Source: Candidatus Dormiibacterota bacterium (lineage in GTDB: Bacteria > Chloroflexota > Dormibacteria > Aeolococcales > Bog-877). Taken from it: a DNA stretch of 64,000 nucleotides. The notes below the pieces were generated by a model that worked only from the letters and a program-made list of their open reading frames with translations, made no database searches and was not told the origin of the DNA. The stretch spans positions 8,829 through 72,828 of the forward strand of contig DATLRH010000006.1 of assembly GCA_035534755.1 (NCBI GenBank). The letters run 5' to 3'. Position 1 is the stretch's first letter. Each line of letters starts with the position of its first letter. Below are positions 1-9,405 of this stretch, piece after piece. The translations under genes were made by a program, and so were the position numbers.

Positions 1-111
1 GGAACCGTCGGCTGCCGATCGATTTCCCATTCCCTGGGTCGGCAGTGCTCCGCCGCCACCGTCCGCGCCGGGAACCCGGTGGCGCGAGGAGCAGGGCCCG
101 GGTGACCGTTC

Positions 112-161
112 GGGGGAGGGGACTCGCCCGGGGCGGCGGTTCTGATCGAGTCCCCTCCCCC
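112..161. promoter_or_regulatory. perfect 15-bp inverted repeat (GGGGGAGGGGACTCG / CGAGTCCCCTCCCCC) with a 20-nt loop, 45 nt upstream of the CPBP gene
   Basis: Read directly from the sequence at 112-126 and 147-161. No T-tract follows on either strand, so it is not a classical intrinsic terminator. The arm end GAGTCCCC is repeated immediately after (162-169). Confidence 0.4.
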
Positions 162-204
162 GAGTCCCCCGGCCCCGGAGGCACCCCCCGAGGTTACCTG
201 GGGG

Positions 205-936
205 GTGCGCCAGATCGTACTGGCGGTCCTTGTCGCCGTTCCGGCGGTCGTCGCCGCCTACGCGGTCCCGGCCCTGGTGGTGCTCGCGCTGCACCAGATG
301 GGGGTGGTCCACGCCCTCAGCGGTCGGGCCTGGGCACCGATCTCGCCCTACTACAGCTTCGTGGTCACGGTCACCTTCTATGGGGTGCTGCTGGCGATCG
401 TGCTCTTCTTCGCCAAACGCCGTGGTGGCCGAGCCTGGGCCCGCCTCGGGCTCCGCCCCTTCCCACTCTGGGTAGTGGTTCTGATGCCCCCTTTGGCCCT
501 GGTGCTCCAGGTGGTGACGGTGATCATCTCGGCCCTGCTCTCACCCCTTCTCGGGGGCATGAAAAACCCTCAGGCCTGCAACATCTCCCAGGCGTTTGGC
601 AGCGACCCCTTCCTGGCCCTGATCTCGATCGCCGTGATCGCCCCGGTGGTCGAGGAGATCGTCTTTCGGGGTTTCATCTACGGCGGCCTGCGGCGCAGAT
701 GGGGGGTGACCGGCTCGGTCGTCGCCAGCGCTTTGGTCTTTGCGCTGGCCCACAGCTTCTCGGTGGGGGGATCGATCGTGCTCCTGGGTCCCTCATTGTT
801 CGTGGCCGGGGCGGCGCTGGCGATCGTCTACGAGCGCTCCCGATCGCTGGTACCCGGGATGGTCCTCCACGCCTCCTTCAACTCGATCGCGGTGGTGGCC
901 ATCTTCCTGGTCGGCGCGCACGCCTCCTGCCGCTAG
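205..936 (+). CDS. CPBP family intramembrane metalloprotease (CAAX protease / Abi self-immunity family)
   Basis: 243-aa ORF with GTG start and about 7 hydrophobic helices. Diagnostic CPBP motifs are EEIVFRG (EExxxR), FALAHS (FxxxH) and HASFN (HxxxN). Confidence 0.85.
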   Translation: MRQIVLAVLVAVPAVVAAYAVPALVVLALHQMGVVHALSGRAWAPISPYYSFVVTVTFYGVLLAIVLFFAKRRGGRAWARLGLRPFPLWVVVLMPPLALVLQVVTVIISALLSPLLGGMKNPQACNISQAFGSDPFLALISIAVIAPVVEEIVFRGFIYGGLRRRWGVTGSVVASALVFALAHSFSVGGSIVLLGPSLFVAGAALAIVYERSRSLVPGMVLHASFNSIAVVAIFLVGAHASCR

Positions 937-1081
937 CAGAGGATTTCGCCCCCAGCCCAGTCGCCCGATCGAGCCGGCCGCCGTCCCCGGAGCAGCTGCC
1001 AGTAGCGCGAGAACGCGCCTTGGTCGGTCTGGGGTTGCCACAGGGCTCGACTGAGCAGCGGCGCGCCCCTCCCGATCCGGG

Positions 1082-1861
1082 TCAGGACTGCCGGGCCAGC
1101 ACCGCGCGCCCCAAGGCGGCGGTTACGACTAAGGAGAGAACGAGGAAGGCGGCGGCGGCGATGAGTAAACCGAGGGGATCCCCATATGGCGGGTTCCCTC
1201 CCAGGAGCAACTGGAAGCCCTCGTCTAGGTAGCTGAACGGCAAGAGTTGGGCCGCCACGAATCGGGGTCCCCCCGCCGGTACGCCGGTGAAGATCCCAGC
1301 CAGGAACAGCAGCGGCGCCAGCACCACCGCCAGGTAGAGCATCGCCTCCCCGGCGTGGTCGGTGAGAGCGGCGATGCCGAGGCCGATTGTTCCCGAGAAC
1401 GCCAGCGCCGCGAGCGCCACCAGCCAGGTGGTGACCAGGGTCGCCGGATCGGGGCGTTCGACGACGGCGATCACCGCCAGCACCAGGGTGGCCTGGAGGC
1501 AGTCGACCAGCCAGCCGGCCAGGAATAGCTCCAGCCCCACCCTCCAGGCCGGCAGGGGCAGAACCGCGAGCCGGTCGAGCCACCCTGTTCCCCGGGCCCG
1601 GGTGACGGCCACTCCGGTCCCAACCGTGCCGACCATGGCGGTCAGGACGGTGAGCAGCATGGCGGCGAAGAAAGGTGGGGCGCCCGTGGTGGCCAGGGGG
1701 ATCACCAGGACCAAGGGAAAGCCCAGCTTGATCAACAATGCCCGGCGCCGAGCCAGCGTGCCTCGCAGCTCGAGCTGCCACAGTCGGGTGGGTCGTGCCC
1801 AGGGGGGCACCGCAGTCGTTGCCGCTGGGCTCCTCATCTCCAACTCGCCGAGATCAGTCAC
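1082..1861 (-). CDS. ABC-2 type exporter permease
   Basis: 259-aa polytopic membrane protein. Its start overlaps the stop of the upstream ATPase by 8 nt, and the ABC-2 family hydrophobic pattern is present. Confidence 0.75.
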   Translation of the reverse strand: MTDLGELEMRSPAATTAVPPWARPTRLWQLELRGTLARRRALLIKLGFPLVLVIPLATTGAPPFFAAMLLTVLTAMVGTVGTGVAVTRARGTGWLDRLAVLPLPAWRVGLELFLAGWLVDCLQATLVLAVIAVVERPDPATLVTTWLVALAALAFSGTIGLGIAALTDHAGEAMLYLAVVLAPLLFLAGIFTGVPAGGPRFVAAQLLPFSYLDEGFQLLLGGNPPYGDPLGLLIAAAAFLVLSLVVTAALGRAVLARQS

Positions 1862-2843
1862 CGAGCGCCTTCCCGGTCAGCTTGAGGAAGTAGTCGGACA
1901 GCCCCGGGTCCCGGACGGTGAGATCGACCAGGTGAGAGTCGAGGTCGCCTAGCGAGGAGAGGATCTCGGGGATCAGCCCATCCCTCTGACGGGCGAGAAT
2001 CAGCAGACCACCGTCCGCCTCCACCGCCCGCTCGACTCCGACAACCCTTCCGATCGCGGCGGCCGGTGAGGGCCCTCGGAAGCTCAGCCGGATCTCGCGC
2101 GTGCCCCCGAGCTCGTTCAATAGCTCGACCAGGGGCGCATCGCGGACCACCGCACCGTCGACTAGGAAGCAGACCCTGGTGGCCACCTGTTCCACGAAGT
2201 CGGTGTCGTTTGTGGAGATGCAGGTGGCCAATCCCCGATCCGATCGGGCCAGCAGCGCCTCGCTCAGCCACTGCCGTCCGCCGACGTCCAGCCCGAGGGT
2301 AGGCTCGTCCATCAGTAGAAGCGGGGGTTCGCCGACCAGCGCCTCGGCCAGCAGGACTCTCCGCCGCATTCCGTAGGAGAGTCGCGAGAGCGGGTCGGCA
2401 CCCACCTCGGCGACCGCCGCCGCCCGGAGCGCCGCCGCCCAGGAGTCGCCCGGGACCCGGCGCGCGGTTGCGAAGAAGGCCAGGTTTTCCTCGGCGCTCA
2501 GTTCGTCGACATGGGCGGTGGCGTCGAAGACGACGGCTAACCGAGCGCGGGCCACCTTGGGGTCCTGGGTGCCGAACCAGCTCAGTCGGCCCGCGCTCGG
2601 GCGGGTCCTGGTGGCCAGGCAGCGAAGCAGGGTGGTCTTTCCGCTGCCGTTGGGGCCCACCACCGCCTGAACCTCGCCCGGGCCGACCGAGAGGCTGGCC
2701 GGGCCGACCCCGCGGCCGTTGTGATGGCGCCGGCTCAGCCCCTCCGCCACCAGCCACGCCTCGGTCAGGGGCGGGTCACTCAATGAACTCGATGAGCGTG
2801 CTGTCGGTGACCTCCACCAGGCCCGCAGGGACGGTGAAGGCAA
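1854..2843 (-). CDS. ABC transporter ATP-binding protein
   Basis: Walker A GPNGSGKTT, ABC signature LSYGMRRR and Walker B LLLMDEPT. Only TTG starts are available, at 2843 or more likely 2783. Confidence 0.9.
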   Translation of the reverse strand: MPSPSLRAWWRSPTARSSSSLSDPPLTEAWLVAEGLSRRHHNGRGVGPASLSVGPGEVQAVVGPNGSGKTTLLRCLATRTRPSAGRLSWFGTQDPKVARARLAVVFDATAHVDELSAEENLAFFATARRVPGDSWAAALRAAAVAEVGADPLSRLSYGMRRRVLLAEALVGEPPLLLMDEPTLGLDVGGRQWLSEALLARSDRGLATCISTNDTDFVEQVATRVCFLVDGAVVRDAPLVELLNELGGTREIRLSFRGPSPAAAIGRVVGVERAVEADGGLLILARQRDGLIPEILSSLGDLDSHLVDLTVRDPGLSDYFLKLTGKALGD

Positions 2844-3072
2844 CCTGGAACACGAGGATGCTCTGGCCCACCTCCACCTGGTGTCCGATCAGGCGCGAGC
2901 GAACCAGGTGGCTGATGAAGCGGGGAGCTCGACGGTTCACCTTCCGGAGCACTACCCGTTGGGCCTGACCTACCGGCCCGGGGGGCAAAATCGGTGGCAC
3001 GGATTCGAGTCTACGTGTCTTTCGGGGGGGGAAGAAAGTTCCGGGAGGGTGCCCAAGTGGTACATATTGCAG

Positions 3073-4167
3073 TTGGTGAGATTGCTCCATTGCGCCGATG
3101 TGCACCTCGACACCATCTTTCGAGGTCTGGGCGAGGCGCCGGCGCAGCGCCGCCGAGCTGCTCTGCGCCGGACATTTCAGAACTTGGTCAAACTGGCCGG
3201 GGAGCTCAAGGTGGATGCCCTCACCATCGGGGGTGATCTCTACGAGGACCTGCGCTCGCGACAGGATTCGGCTCGTTTCCTGGCCGAACAACTCGGCGAG
3301 CTGCCCTTTCCGGTGCTGATTGCACCCGGAAACCACGACTACTGGCATCCGGGATCGCTCTACGCCACCAGCGCTTGGCCCGAGAACGTCCGAATCTTCT
3401 CCACCAACCAGTTCACCCCGGTGGAGCTGGCCGGGCACCGAATCTTCGGGATCGCCCACGACAAGCCCAAGGGCACAGGCAACCTCTTGGAGAAGTTCAA
3501 AGTCCCCGACGGGCCGCCGGCGGTGGCGCTCTTTCACGGTTCGGAGCGGGGCCAGCTGCCGCTGCAGGAGGAGGGCAAGGAGGACCACGCCCCCTTCTCG
3601 GAACCGGAGCTCGCCAAGGCGGGATTTCGCTTCGGCCTGCTGGGCCACTTCCACACCCCCAGGACCACCGCCCAGCTGGTTTATCCGGGCAACCCAGAGC
3701 CGCTCACCTTTGGCGAGGCAGGGGTTCGCGGAGCGGCCGAGGTCGACTTCGCTCCCACGATCCCGACCGTCAAGATTCACCCGGTCAACACCTTCACCCT
3801 GAGCGACCTGGAAATTGACGTCACCGACTGCCAGCACTCCGAAGCCCTGGTGAGTAGGGTGCGCGAGGCCCTCCCCGGGGGATCCGACAACGGGACCCGG
3901 GTGCGCCTGGTGGGCGAGATGCAGCTCGGGCTCCAGCTCGGACCCATGGAGCTGGTTCGGAGGTTGCGGGAGGGGGACCGGTGCGTGGAGGTGGTGTTCG
4001 CCACCCGCCCCGCCCTGGACCTGGAACAGCTCCGCCGCGCGCCGGACATCCGGGGCCAGTTCGTGCGGGGGTTGATGGAGCGTCCCGACTTCGAGTCCGA
4101 ACTGGTCCAGGCCGCGCTTCGAGCCGGGGTCGAGGCGCTCCGGGGCGAGGATCCGGCCATCCTGTGA
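3073..4167 (+). CDS. sbcD: SbcD/Mre11-family DNA-repair exonuclease (YhaO-like calcineurin-type phosphoesterase)
   Basis: Phosphoesterase motifs LLHCADVHLD, GGDLYED, GNHD, GHFH. The track ORF begins at 2881, but that N-terminus lies in the divergent intergenic region. TTG 3073 or GTG 3076, directly before the motif-I Asp, is the likely start. Confidence 0.85.
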   Translation: MVRLLHCADVHLDTIFRGLGEAPAQRRRAALRRTFQNLVKLAGELKVDALTIGGDLYEDLRSRQDSARFLAEQLGELPFPVLIAPGNHDYWHPGSLYATSAWPENVRIFSTNQFTPVELAGHRIFGIAHDKPKGTGNLLEKFKVPDGPPAVALFHGSERGQLPLQEEGKEDHAPFSEPELAKAGFRFGLLGHFHTPRTTAQLVYPGNPEPLTFGEAGVRGAAEVDFAPTIPTVKIHPVNTFTLSDLEIDVTDCQHSEALVSRVREALPGGSDNGTRVRLVGEMQLGLQLGPMELVRRLREGDRCVEVVFATRPALDLEQLRRAPDIRGQFVRGLMERPDFESELVQAALRAGVEALRGEDPAIL

Positions 4168-4198
4168 CCACTTGTCTCGACCGTGAGGGAATGGGCAG

Positions 4199-6676
4199 GT
4201 GAGGGTTCTCTCGGTCACCCTGCAGGGCTTCGGCGCGCTCAGCGGGCGCTTCAAGCTGGACCCCCAGATGACCGTGGTCGGGGGCCCCAACGAGTCCGGC
4301 AAGAGCACCCTTCATACCGCCCTCCGGGTGGCGCTGTGCGGCGTCGATCTACCTGCCCGGGGCCGGATGCTCAAGGAGACCGAGGAGGTGCTCCGCCGAT
4401 TCCGCCCCTGGCGCGGCGGTCCCTTCGCGGTCGAGGCTGAGGTCGAGTTCGGGGGAGGCCGCTTCCGCTTCGTACGCGACCTCGACCATCCGGATGGCGC
4501 CCAGGTGTTCGACCTGGTCAAGGGCGGCGAGGTGACCGACCGATTCCGGCGGGGCCGCACCGTCGACGTCTCGGTCGGGCTGGGGATGAGCCGGGACGCG
4601 TTCCTGGCCGTCTCCACAGTCGCCCAGGACCAGATTCTCAGCCTCACCGGGGCCTCCCTGCAGGAGGACCTGCAGCGGGCCAGCGCCACCTCGGGCAGTG
4701 ACAGCACAGCCCGGGCCGCGATCGACCGGTTGGAGCGGTGGCGCCAGGAGCACATCCGGGGAGACCGCACCACCACCAAACGCCTGGACAAAGCCAAGCT
4801 GCCCCGCGAGCTGGAGGAGGCTCAGATCAAGTTGGCCCGGGCTTTGGAGCTCCACCGCCAGCTCGGTGATGACCTCGCCAGCCAGGAGACCCTCAACGGC
4901 GAGCTTAACCTGGTTGAGGTGGACCTGCGGAGTAGTGAGCTGTCCTGGAAGACGGCCGAGCTGGCCGAAATCCAGCAGGATCTGAGCGCAGTCGCGGAGA
5001 TCGACCAGCAGCTGGACGCGGTACCGGAGAAGCGGCTACCCAAGGACCCAGCCACTCTCCGGGAAGCCGCCACCGGCGCTCGCGGGCTGGCCCAGCAGTG
5101 GCAGGACGCCGAGAAGAAGCTGGCCGAGATGCCCCCCCTTCGACCCGACCTGGAGCGGCTTTCACAGCAGTCCGCTCCGAGTGAGCTCGCCTTCCTGGTC
5201 AGCGCCCTGGAGCAGCCCCTCCCCCCGTTGCCTCCCCAATCCGACGACCCCGGCAGATTCGACCTCCTCGACCACCGTCGGATCGCCGTCCTGCGCTGGA
5301 GCTCCGACCTGCTGGCCTTGGTCGGCGGGGTGGCCGGGGCCGTCCTGGTGGCCTTTGGACTCCTGCACGGCAGTTCGGCCGGGATTCTGATCGCGGCCGG
5401 CGGTCTGGTCCTGCTGGTGATGGCCGCCACCGCCTTCTACGCCCTGCAGCGGCGACTTCGGCTGCTGCTGGCGGTCGGTGGCTTCACCTCGATGGGACAG
5501 TTGCGAAGATCGTCGCGCGCCCCCGACCCCGAGCTGGCCAAGGTGGTGGCGCAGCGGGACAAGGTCGACGCCGAGCGCTCCCAGGCCCAAAAGCGCCTCA
5601 CCGAGCTCGGAATCGGCAAGGTCGAGCCCGACCAGGTGAGGGAGCTCGCAGAGCAGATCCCCGGCGCTCAGGAGTCGCTCCAGCAGCGCGCCAGCTGGGC
5701 CACCACTTCCCAGCGATTCCGTCAGGAGCTGATCACCCGAGCCAAGCGGGTCGGGATCAGTGGCAACGATCCCGTGCAGCTCGCTGCTGAGCTGAGTTCC
5801 CGGCTGCGCCAGTTGGACGAGGCCGAGGACGCGGCCCGCCTGCGGGGCGGGCTGGTCGCCCGCCGGGCCGAGCGGGCGGCCGGTCGTGATCTCAAGGGCA
5901 TGGCCAAGCGGGCGGATCAGTTGACTCGGGAGCTTCACGGCGTGGAGCCTCTTCCGGAGGGGACCGCCGCGAAGGGCTCTTCAGAAGAGCTGCGTCGTGG
6001 CTACGACGAGGCGGTCAGGCGGCGCGACGAGATTCGCAGCCAGCTTCTGCCGCTGCAGGGCCGTCTCCAGGAGCAGCTTAAGGAAAGTAGCGACGTTGCC
6101 GCCCTCGAAGAGGCGACCGCCGCGCTCGGCGACGAGGTGGACCGGCTGACCCGAGCTGAGGAGGCGGTAAAGCTTGCCGTCAGTGAGCTCCGGCGGGCGG
6201 AGGGGCTGATCCACAACGACCTGGCGCCCGTCCTGGCCGAGGGGCTGCGCAGCTGGCTCCCGACCATCACCGGGCAACGCTATCACCACGCCTGGGTCGA
6301 TCCCGCCGATCTCGCCATGAATGTCTCGGCCCAGGACTCGGGGGTGCAGATCCGGGTCGCGGACCTCTCCCAGGGGACCCGGGAGCAGATTTACGTGGCG
6401 CTGCGCACGGTGCTGGCGCGGGCCCTTTCGCCAAAGGGCGAGCCCGTCCCCCTCTTCTTCGACGATCCCTGTGTCAGCGCCGACGACGGCCGCTGCGTCG
6501 CTCTGCTGGACACCCTCAAGGAGCTCGCGGCCGACACCCAGGTGGTGGTCTTCTCCCACGAGTCCCGAGTGGGGACGTGGGCTACCCGCAGCGAGGTCCC
6601 GATCCTCACGATGGCCCTGGTGCCCGTGGCGGCCGGCCTGGACGCACCCCCGACCGAGGCGCCTGAGGAGGTCTAG
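4199..6676 (+). CDS. sbcC: SbcC/Rad50-like AAA ATPase with a central TM hairpin (YhaN-type)
   Basis: GTG start 31 nt after sbcD. N-terminal P-loop GGPNESGKST, a long E/L/R/Q-rich coiled coil, and C-terminal D-loop FFDDPCVSADD with VVFSHE. Two hydrophobic helices (LLALVGGVAGAVLVAFGLL / ILIAAGGLVLLVMAATAFYAL) sit where a Zn-hook CxxC would normally be. Confidence 0.85.
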   Translation: MRVLSVTLQGFGALSGRFKLDPQMTVVGGPNESGKSTLHTALRVALCGVDLPARGRMLKETEEVLRRFRPWRGGPFAVEAEVEFGGGRFRFVRDLDHPDGAQVFDLVKGGEVTDRFRRGRTVDVSVGLGMSRDAFLAVSTVAQDQILSLTGASLQEDLQRASATSGSDSTARAAIDRLERWRQEHIRGDRTTTKRLDKAKLPRELEEAQIKLARALELHRQLGDDLASQETLNGELNLVEVDLRSSELSWKTAELAEIQQDLSAVAEIDQQLDAVPEKRLPKDPATLREAATGARGLAQQWQDAEKKLAEMPPLRPDLERLSQQSAPSELAFLVSALEQPLPPLPPQSDDPGRFDLLDHRRIAVLRWSSDLLALVGGVAGAVLVAFGLLHGSSAGILIAAGGLVLLVMAATAFYALQRRLRLLLAVGGFTSMGQLRRSSRAPDPELAKVVAQRDKVDAERSQAQKRLTELGIGKVEPDQVRELAEQIPGAQESLQQRASWATTSQRFRQELITRAKRVGISGNDPVQLAAELSSRLRQLDEAEDAARLRGGLVARRAERAAGRDLKGMAKRADQLTRELHGVEPLPEGTAAKGSSEELRRGYDEAVRRRDEIRSQLLPLQGRLQEQLKESSDVAALEEATAALGDEVDRLTRAEEAVKLAVSELRRAEGLIHNDLAPVLAEGLRSWLPTITGQRYHHAWVDPADLAMNVSAQDSGVQIRVADLSQGTREQIYVALRTVLARALSPKGEPVPLFFDDPCVSADDGRCVALLDTLKELAADTQVVVFSHESRVGTWATRSEVPILTMALVPVAAGLDAPPTEAPEEV

Positions 6677-6682
6677 CCCCAG

Positions 6683-7612
6683 TTGAGGATCGTGTCGCTG
6701 CTACCAAGCTCGACCGAGATCTGCTTCGCCCTGGGGTTGGGCTCGAGCCTGGTCGGAGTGACTCACGAGTGCGATTTCCCGCCCCAGGCACGCTACAAGA
6801 CGGTGATGACGCGCAGCCTGCTCGACCTCGACGGGCAGTCCCCCGGGGAGATCGACCGCCATGTCCGGGCGGCGCTCCACCAGGGCAGCAGCCTCTACGC
6901 CCTCGATCAGGACGCGCTCCGGAGAGCCCGCCCCGACGTCATCCTCACCCAGGAGCTCTGCGAGGTATGCGCGGTCGCCTACCAGCAGGTGCTCGACGCC
7001 GCCCGGATTCTGCCGGGCCGGCCCACCGTCCTCTCCTTGGAACCGCTGACCCTGGCCGACGTGCTGCGCTCGTTCGCTGACGTGGGCCAGGTGACCGGGG
7101 CCCGGGAGAGGGCTGCGGAGCTGGTGAGGGGACTATGGGCGCGGCTGGACGCGGTCAGAGGAGCCGTCGCCGGCAGGCCCCGTCCGCGGGTCGTCTGCCT
7201 GGAGTGGGCCGATCCCCTCATGGTGGCCGGCCACTGGGTTCCCGACCAGGTGGATGCCGCGGGCGGGATCGACGTGCTGGGGGAGCCCGGGGGGCGGTCG
7301 CGGGTGATCAGCCCGGAGGAGTTGCGGGCAGCCCAGGCCGAGGTGGTCCTGGTCATGCCCTGCGGCTACCGGCTAGAGGAGAGCGCCGCCCAGCTCGGCT
7401 CGATCGCCCAGACCACTGGCTGGGCCGGTTTGCCGGCCGCCCGGGCGGGACAGGTCTATGCCGTGGATGGGTCGTGGTATTTCAACCGGCCCGGGCCGCG
7501 CGTGGTGGACGGGATCGAAATGCTGGCCCGGATCCTACATCCCGAGGCCTGGCGTGGCCCGGTGCCCCAGGGATTCCTCCAGGTCGACGCGACGGCTCCA
7601 GCTCCCACCTGA
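6683..7612 (+). CDS. TroA-like (class 8) periplasmic-binding-protein-fold protein, BtuF/FhuD-like, with no signal peptide
   Basis: The N-terminus RIVSLLPSSTEICFALGLG..VGVTHECDFPPQA aligns with the mature N-terminus of BtuF. No hydrophobic leader is present. TTG start 7 nt after the sbcC stop. Confidence 0.75.
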   Translation: MRIVSLLPSSTEICFALGLGSSLVGVTHECDFPPQARYKTVMTRSLLDLDGQSPGEIDRHVRAALHQGSSLYALDQDALRRARPDVILTQELCEVCAVAYQQVLDAARILPGRPTVLSLEPLTLADVLRSFADVGQVTGARERAAELVRGLWARLDAVRGAVAGRPRPRVVCLEWADPLMVAGHWVPDQVDAAGGIDVLGEPGGRSRVISPEELRAAQAEVVLVMPCGYRLEESAAQLGSIAQTTGWAGLPAARAGQVYAVDGSWYFNRPGPRVVDGIEMLARILHPEAWRGPVPQGFLQVDATAPAPT

Positions 7613-7650
7613 CCGATCGCTGCTGACGTCCGTCTGCGCCTCGCCAGCGC

Positions 7651-8412
7651 TCAGGCGATGGCTCTCCCGAAGGAGCGCGCGGCGAACCACACGGCGACCG
7701 CTGCGAGGAGGGCCATGATCACCACTCCCTGGAGCACATTGGGATTGCTGAGCTCGCCCAGGAAGACCGCTCGATTGGCGGCGACCGCGTGGGAGAAGGG
7801 GTTGAGGGTGGATATCGTCCGCAGCCAGCTTGGGGCCAGGCTCATCGGCAGCAGCACCCCGGAGAGAAGAAGCAGGGGAAGGCTGGCCGTGAAAATGATC
7901 GGCGCGAAGGAGTTCTCGTCCTTGAGCGCCAGGGCCAGCGCATAGGAGATCGAGGCCACCAGGAGCCCGATCAAGGCGACAAGTCCGAGCCCGATCAGGA
8001 TTCCCAGGGGCTTGAAGCTGAGCCCGAACGGCAGCGCCAGGAACACCAGGATGAGGGCCTGGACGAACAGGGTGAGGACGTCCCGCAGGGCCCGGCCCAG
8101 CAGCAACGACAGGCGGCTAACAGGGGTCACCCGAAGCCGCTCCACCACCCCCAGGCGGAGCTCCGAGATCAGGCTGAAGCCGACCCCGGCGGCCCCGAAG
8201 AGCCCGAGCTGGATCAGCAGGCCAGGGACGAAGACGTTGTAGGCGCCGCCCTTGGGGAAGCCGGGGACGCTGGCGATCGACTTCAGCAGGGGGGCGAACA
8301 GGAGCAGGTACAGGGCCGGTTGCAGCACCCCCACCGCGACCCAAGCCGGGTTGTGGATGAAGATTCCGAAATAGCGCTGGAACACCAACCAGGTGTCGTG
8401 GGCAAGCTTCAT
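7651..8412 (-). CDS. ABC-2 type transporter permease (DrrB-like)
   Basis: 253 aa with 6 predicted TM helices, lying downstream of the DrrA-like ATPase in the same orientation. Confidence 0.8.
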   Translation of the reverse strand: MKLAHDTWLVFQRYFGIFIHNPAWVAVGVLQPALYLLLFAPLLKSIASVPGFPKGGAYNVFVPGLLIQLGLFGAAGVGFSLISELRLGVVERLRVTPVSRLSLLLGRALRDVLTLFVQALILVFLALPFGLSFKPLGILIGLGLVALIGLLVASISYALALALKDENSFAPIIFTASLPLLLLSGVLLPMSLAPSWLRTISTLNPFSHAVAANRAVFLGELSNPNVLQGVVIMALLAAVAVWFAARSFGRAIA

Positions 8413-8433
8413 GGGGGGCTCTCCTCGAATCCG

Positions 8434-9405
8434 CTAGGCCGCGTCCGACTCGCGCAGCGAGCGCCCGGTGCTGCGCAGGAAGACGTCGTCCAGGCTGGGC
8501 CGGCTCAGTGCCACCGTGGTCAGCCCCAGTCCGGCCGTGTCCAGGAGCCGCAGGATGTCCGGGGTGGCGGTCTCGCCGCGCTCGACGTAGAGACGAAGTT
8601 CGCTTCCCTCGATCGATGCTTCTCGAACGAACGGCTGGGGTTGGAGCAGCCGCAGCGCTGCCTCGACGTCCCCGCTGACTCCGACCGTGACCAGGTCGCC
8701 CGCCACCTCCCGCTTGAGCGCGTCCGGGGTACCCTCGGCAACGATCCCTCCGTGGTCGATGATCGCTAGCCGATTGCACAGGGCATCGGCCTCCTCCAAA
8801 TAGTGGGTGGTGAGGAAGACGGTTGTCCCCTCCTCTCTGAGCTTGCGAACCTCGTCCCACATGCGCACCCGGCTCTGGGGGTCGAGGCCAGTGGTCGGCT
8901 CGTCGAGGAAGAGGAGCTGGGGACGGTGCACCAAGCCGACCCCGACGTCAAGGCGCCGCCGCTGCCCGCCCGAGTAGGTTGAGATCTTGCGATCAGCACA
9001 GGATTCCAACTCCAGCGCCGCGATTAGCTCGGCCGCGCGCTCCCGCGCCGCTGCCAGGCTCATCCCGTAGAGACGAGCCTCGAAGGCCAGTTCGCTGCGA
9101 CCGGTGATCTGGATGTCCACCCCGCCGCGCTGCCCCACGTAGCCGATCCGGCGCCTGACCTCGGCCGGCTGGCGGCGCAGGTCGTGGCCGGCCACGGTCG
9201 CCTCCCCGGAGGTGGGCGGCAGTAGGGTCGCCAACATCCGCAGGGTGGTCGTCTTGCCGGCCCCGTTGGGCCCAAGGAAGCCGAAGATCTCGCCCGCATA
9301 AACCTCAAGGTCGATGCCGACGACCGCCTCCACGGTGGACTTTCGGGACTTGAACACCCGGCGCAACTGATGGACGCTGATCACTGACTCCGGGGTGGCA
9401 TTCAC
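8434..9405 (-). CDS. ABC transporter ATP-binding protein (DrrA-like)
   Basis: Walker A GPNGAGKTTT, signature YSGGQRRR and Walker B LLFLDEPTTGLD. Start reassigned to GTG at 9405, which has an AGGAGG Shine-Dalgarno 6 nt upstream. The track ORF, which runs to 9549, has an Arg/Pro-rich junk N-terminus. Confidence 0.9.
   Translation of the reverse strand: MNATPESVISVHQLRRVFKSRKSTVEAVVGIDLEVYAGEIFGFLGPNGAGKTTTLRMLATLLPPTSGEATVAGHDLRRQPAEVRRRIGYVGQRGGVDIQITGRSELAFEARLYGMSLAAARERAAELIAALELESCADRKISTYSGGQRRRLDVGVGLVHRPQLLFLDEPTTGLDPQSRVRMWDEVRKLREEGTTVFLTTHYLEEADALCNRLAIIDHGGIVAEGTPDALKREVAGDLVTVGVSGDVEAALRLLQPQPFVREASIEGSELRLYVERGETATPDILRLLDTAGLGLTTVALSRPSLDDVFLRSTGRSLRESDAA

Noticed and set aside
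45-1232. 395-aa ORF spanning the window start through the CPBP gene
   Set aside because: The Arg/Pro/Gly-rich translation is typical of an off-frame read of high-GC DNA. It overlaps the motif-bearing CPBP frame (205-936), which has the coding-like GC3.
2776-4308. 510-aa minus-strand ORF covering sbcD
   Set aside because: Antisense shadow. The plus frame carries the Mre11/SbcD phosphoesterase motifs; the minus translation is low-complexity.
4822-5938. Several 200-260-aa minus-strand ORFs inside sbcC
   Set aside because: Antisense to the Rad50-like coiled-coil region, with repetitive Ser/Arg/Ala composition and no motifs.
7789-8860. 326-aa plus and 247-aa minus ORFs over the DrrAB-like genes
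   Set aside because: Out-of-frame shadows of the ABC permease and ATPase genes. Gln/Glu/Arg or Arg/Gly low-complexity products.
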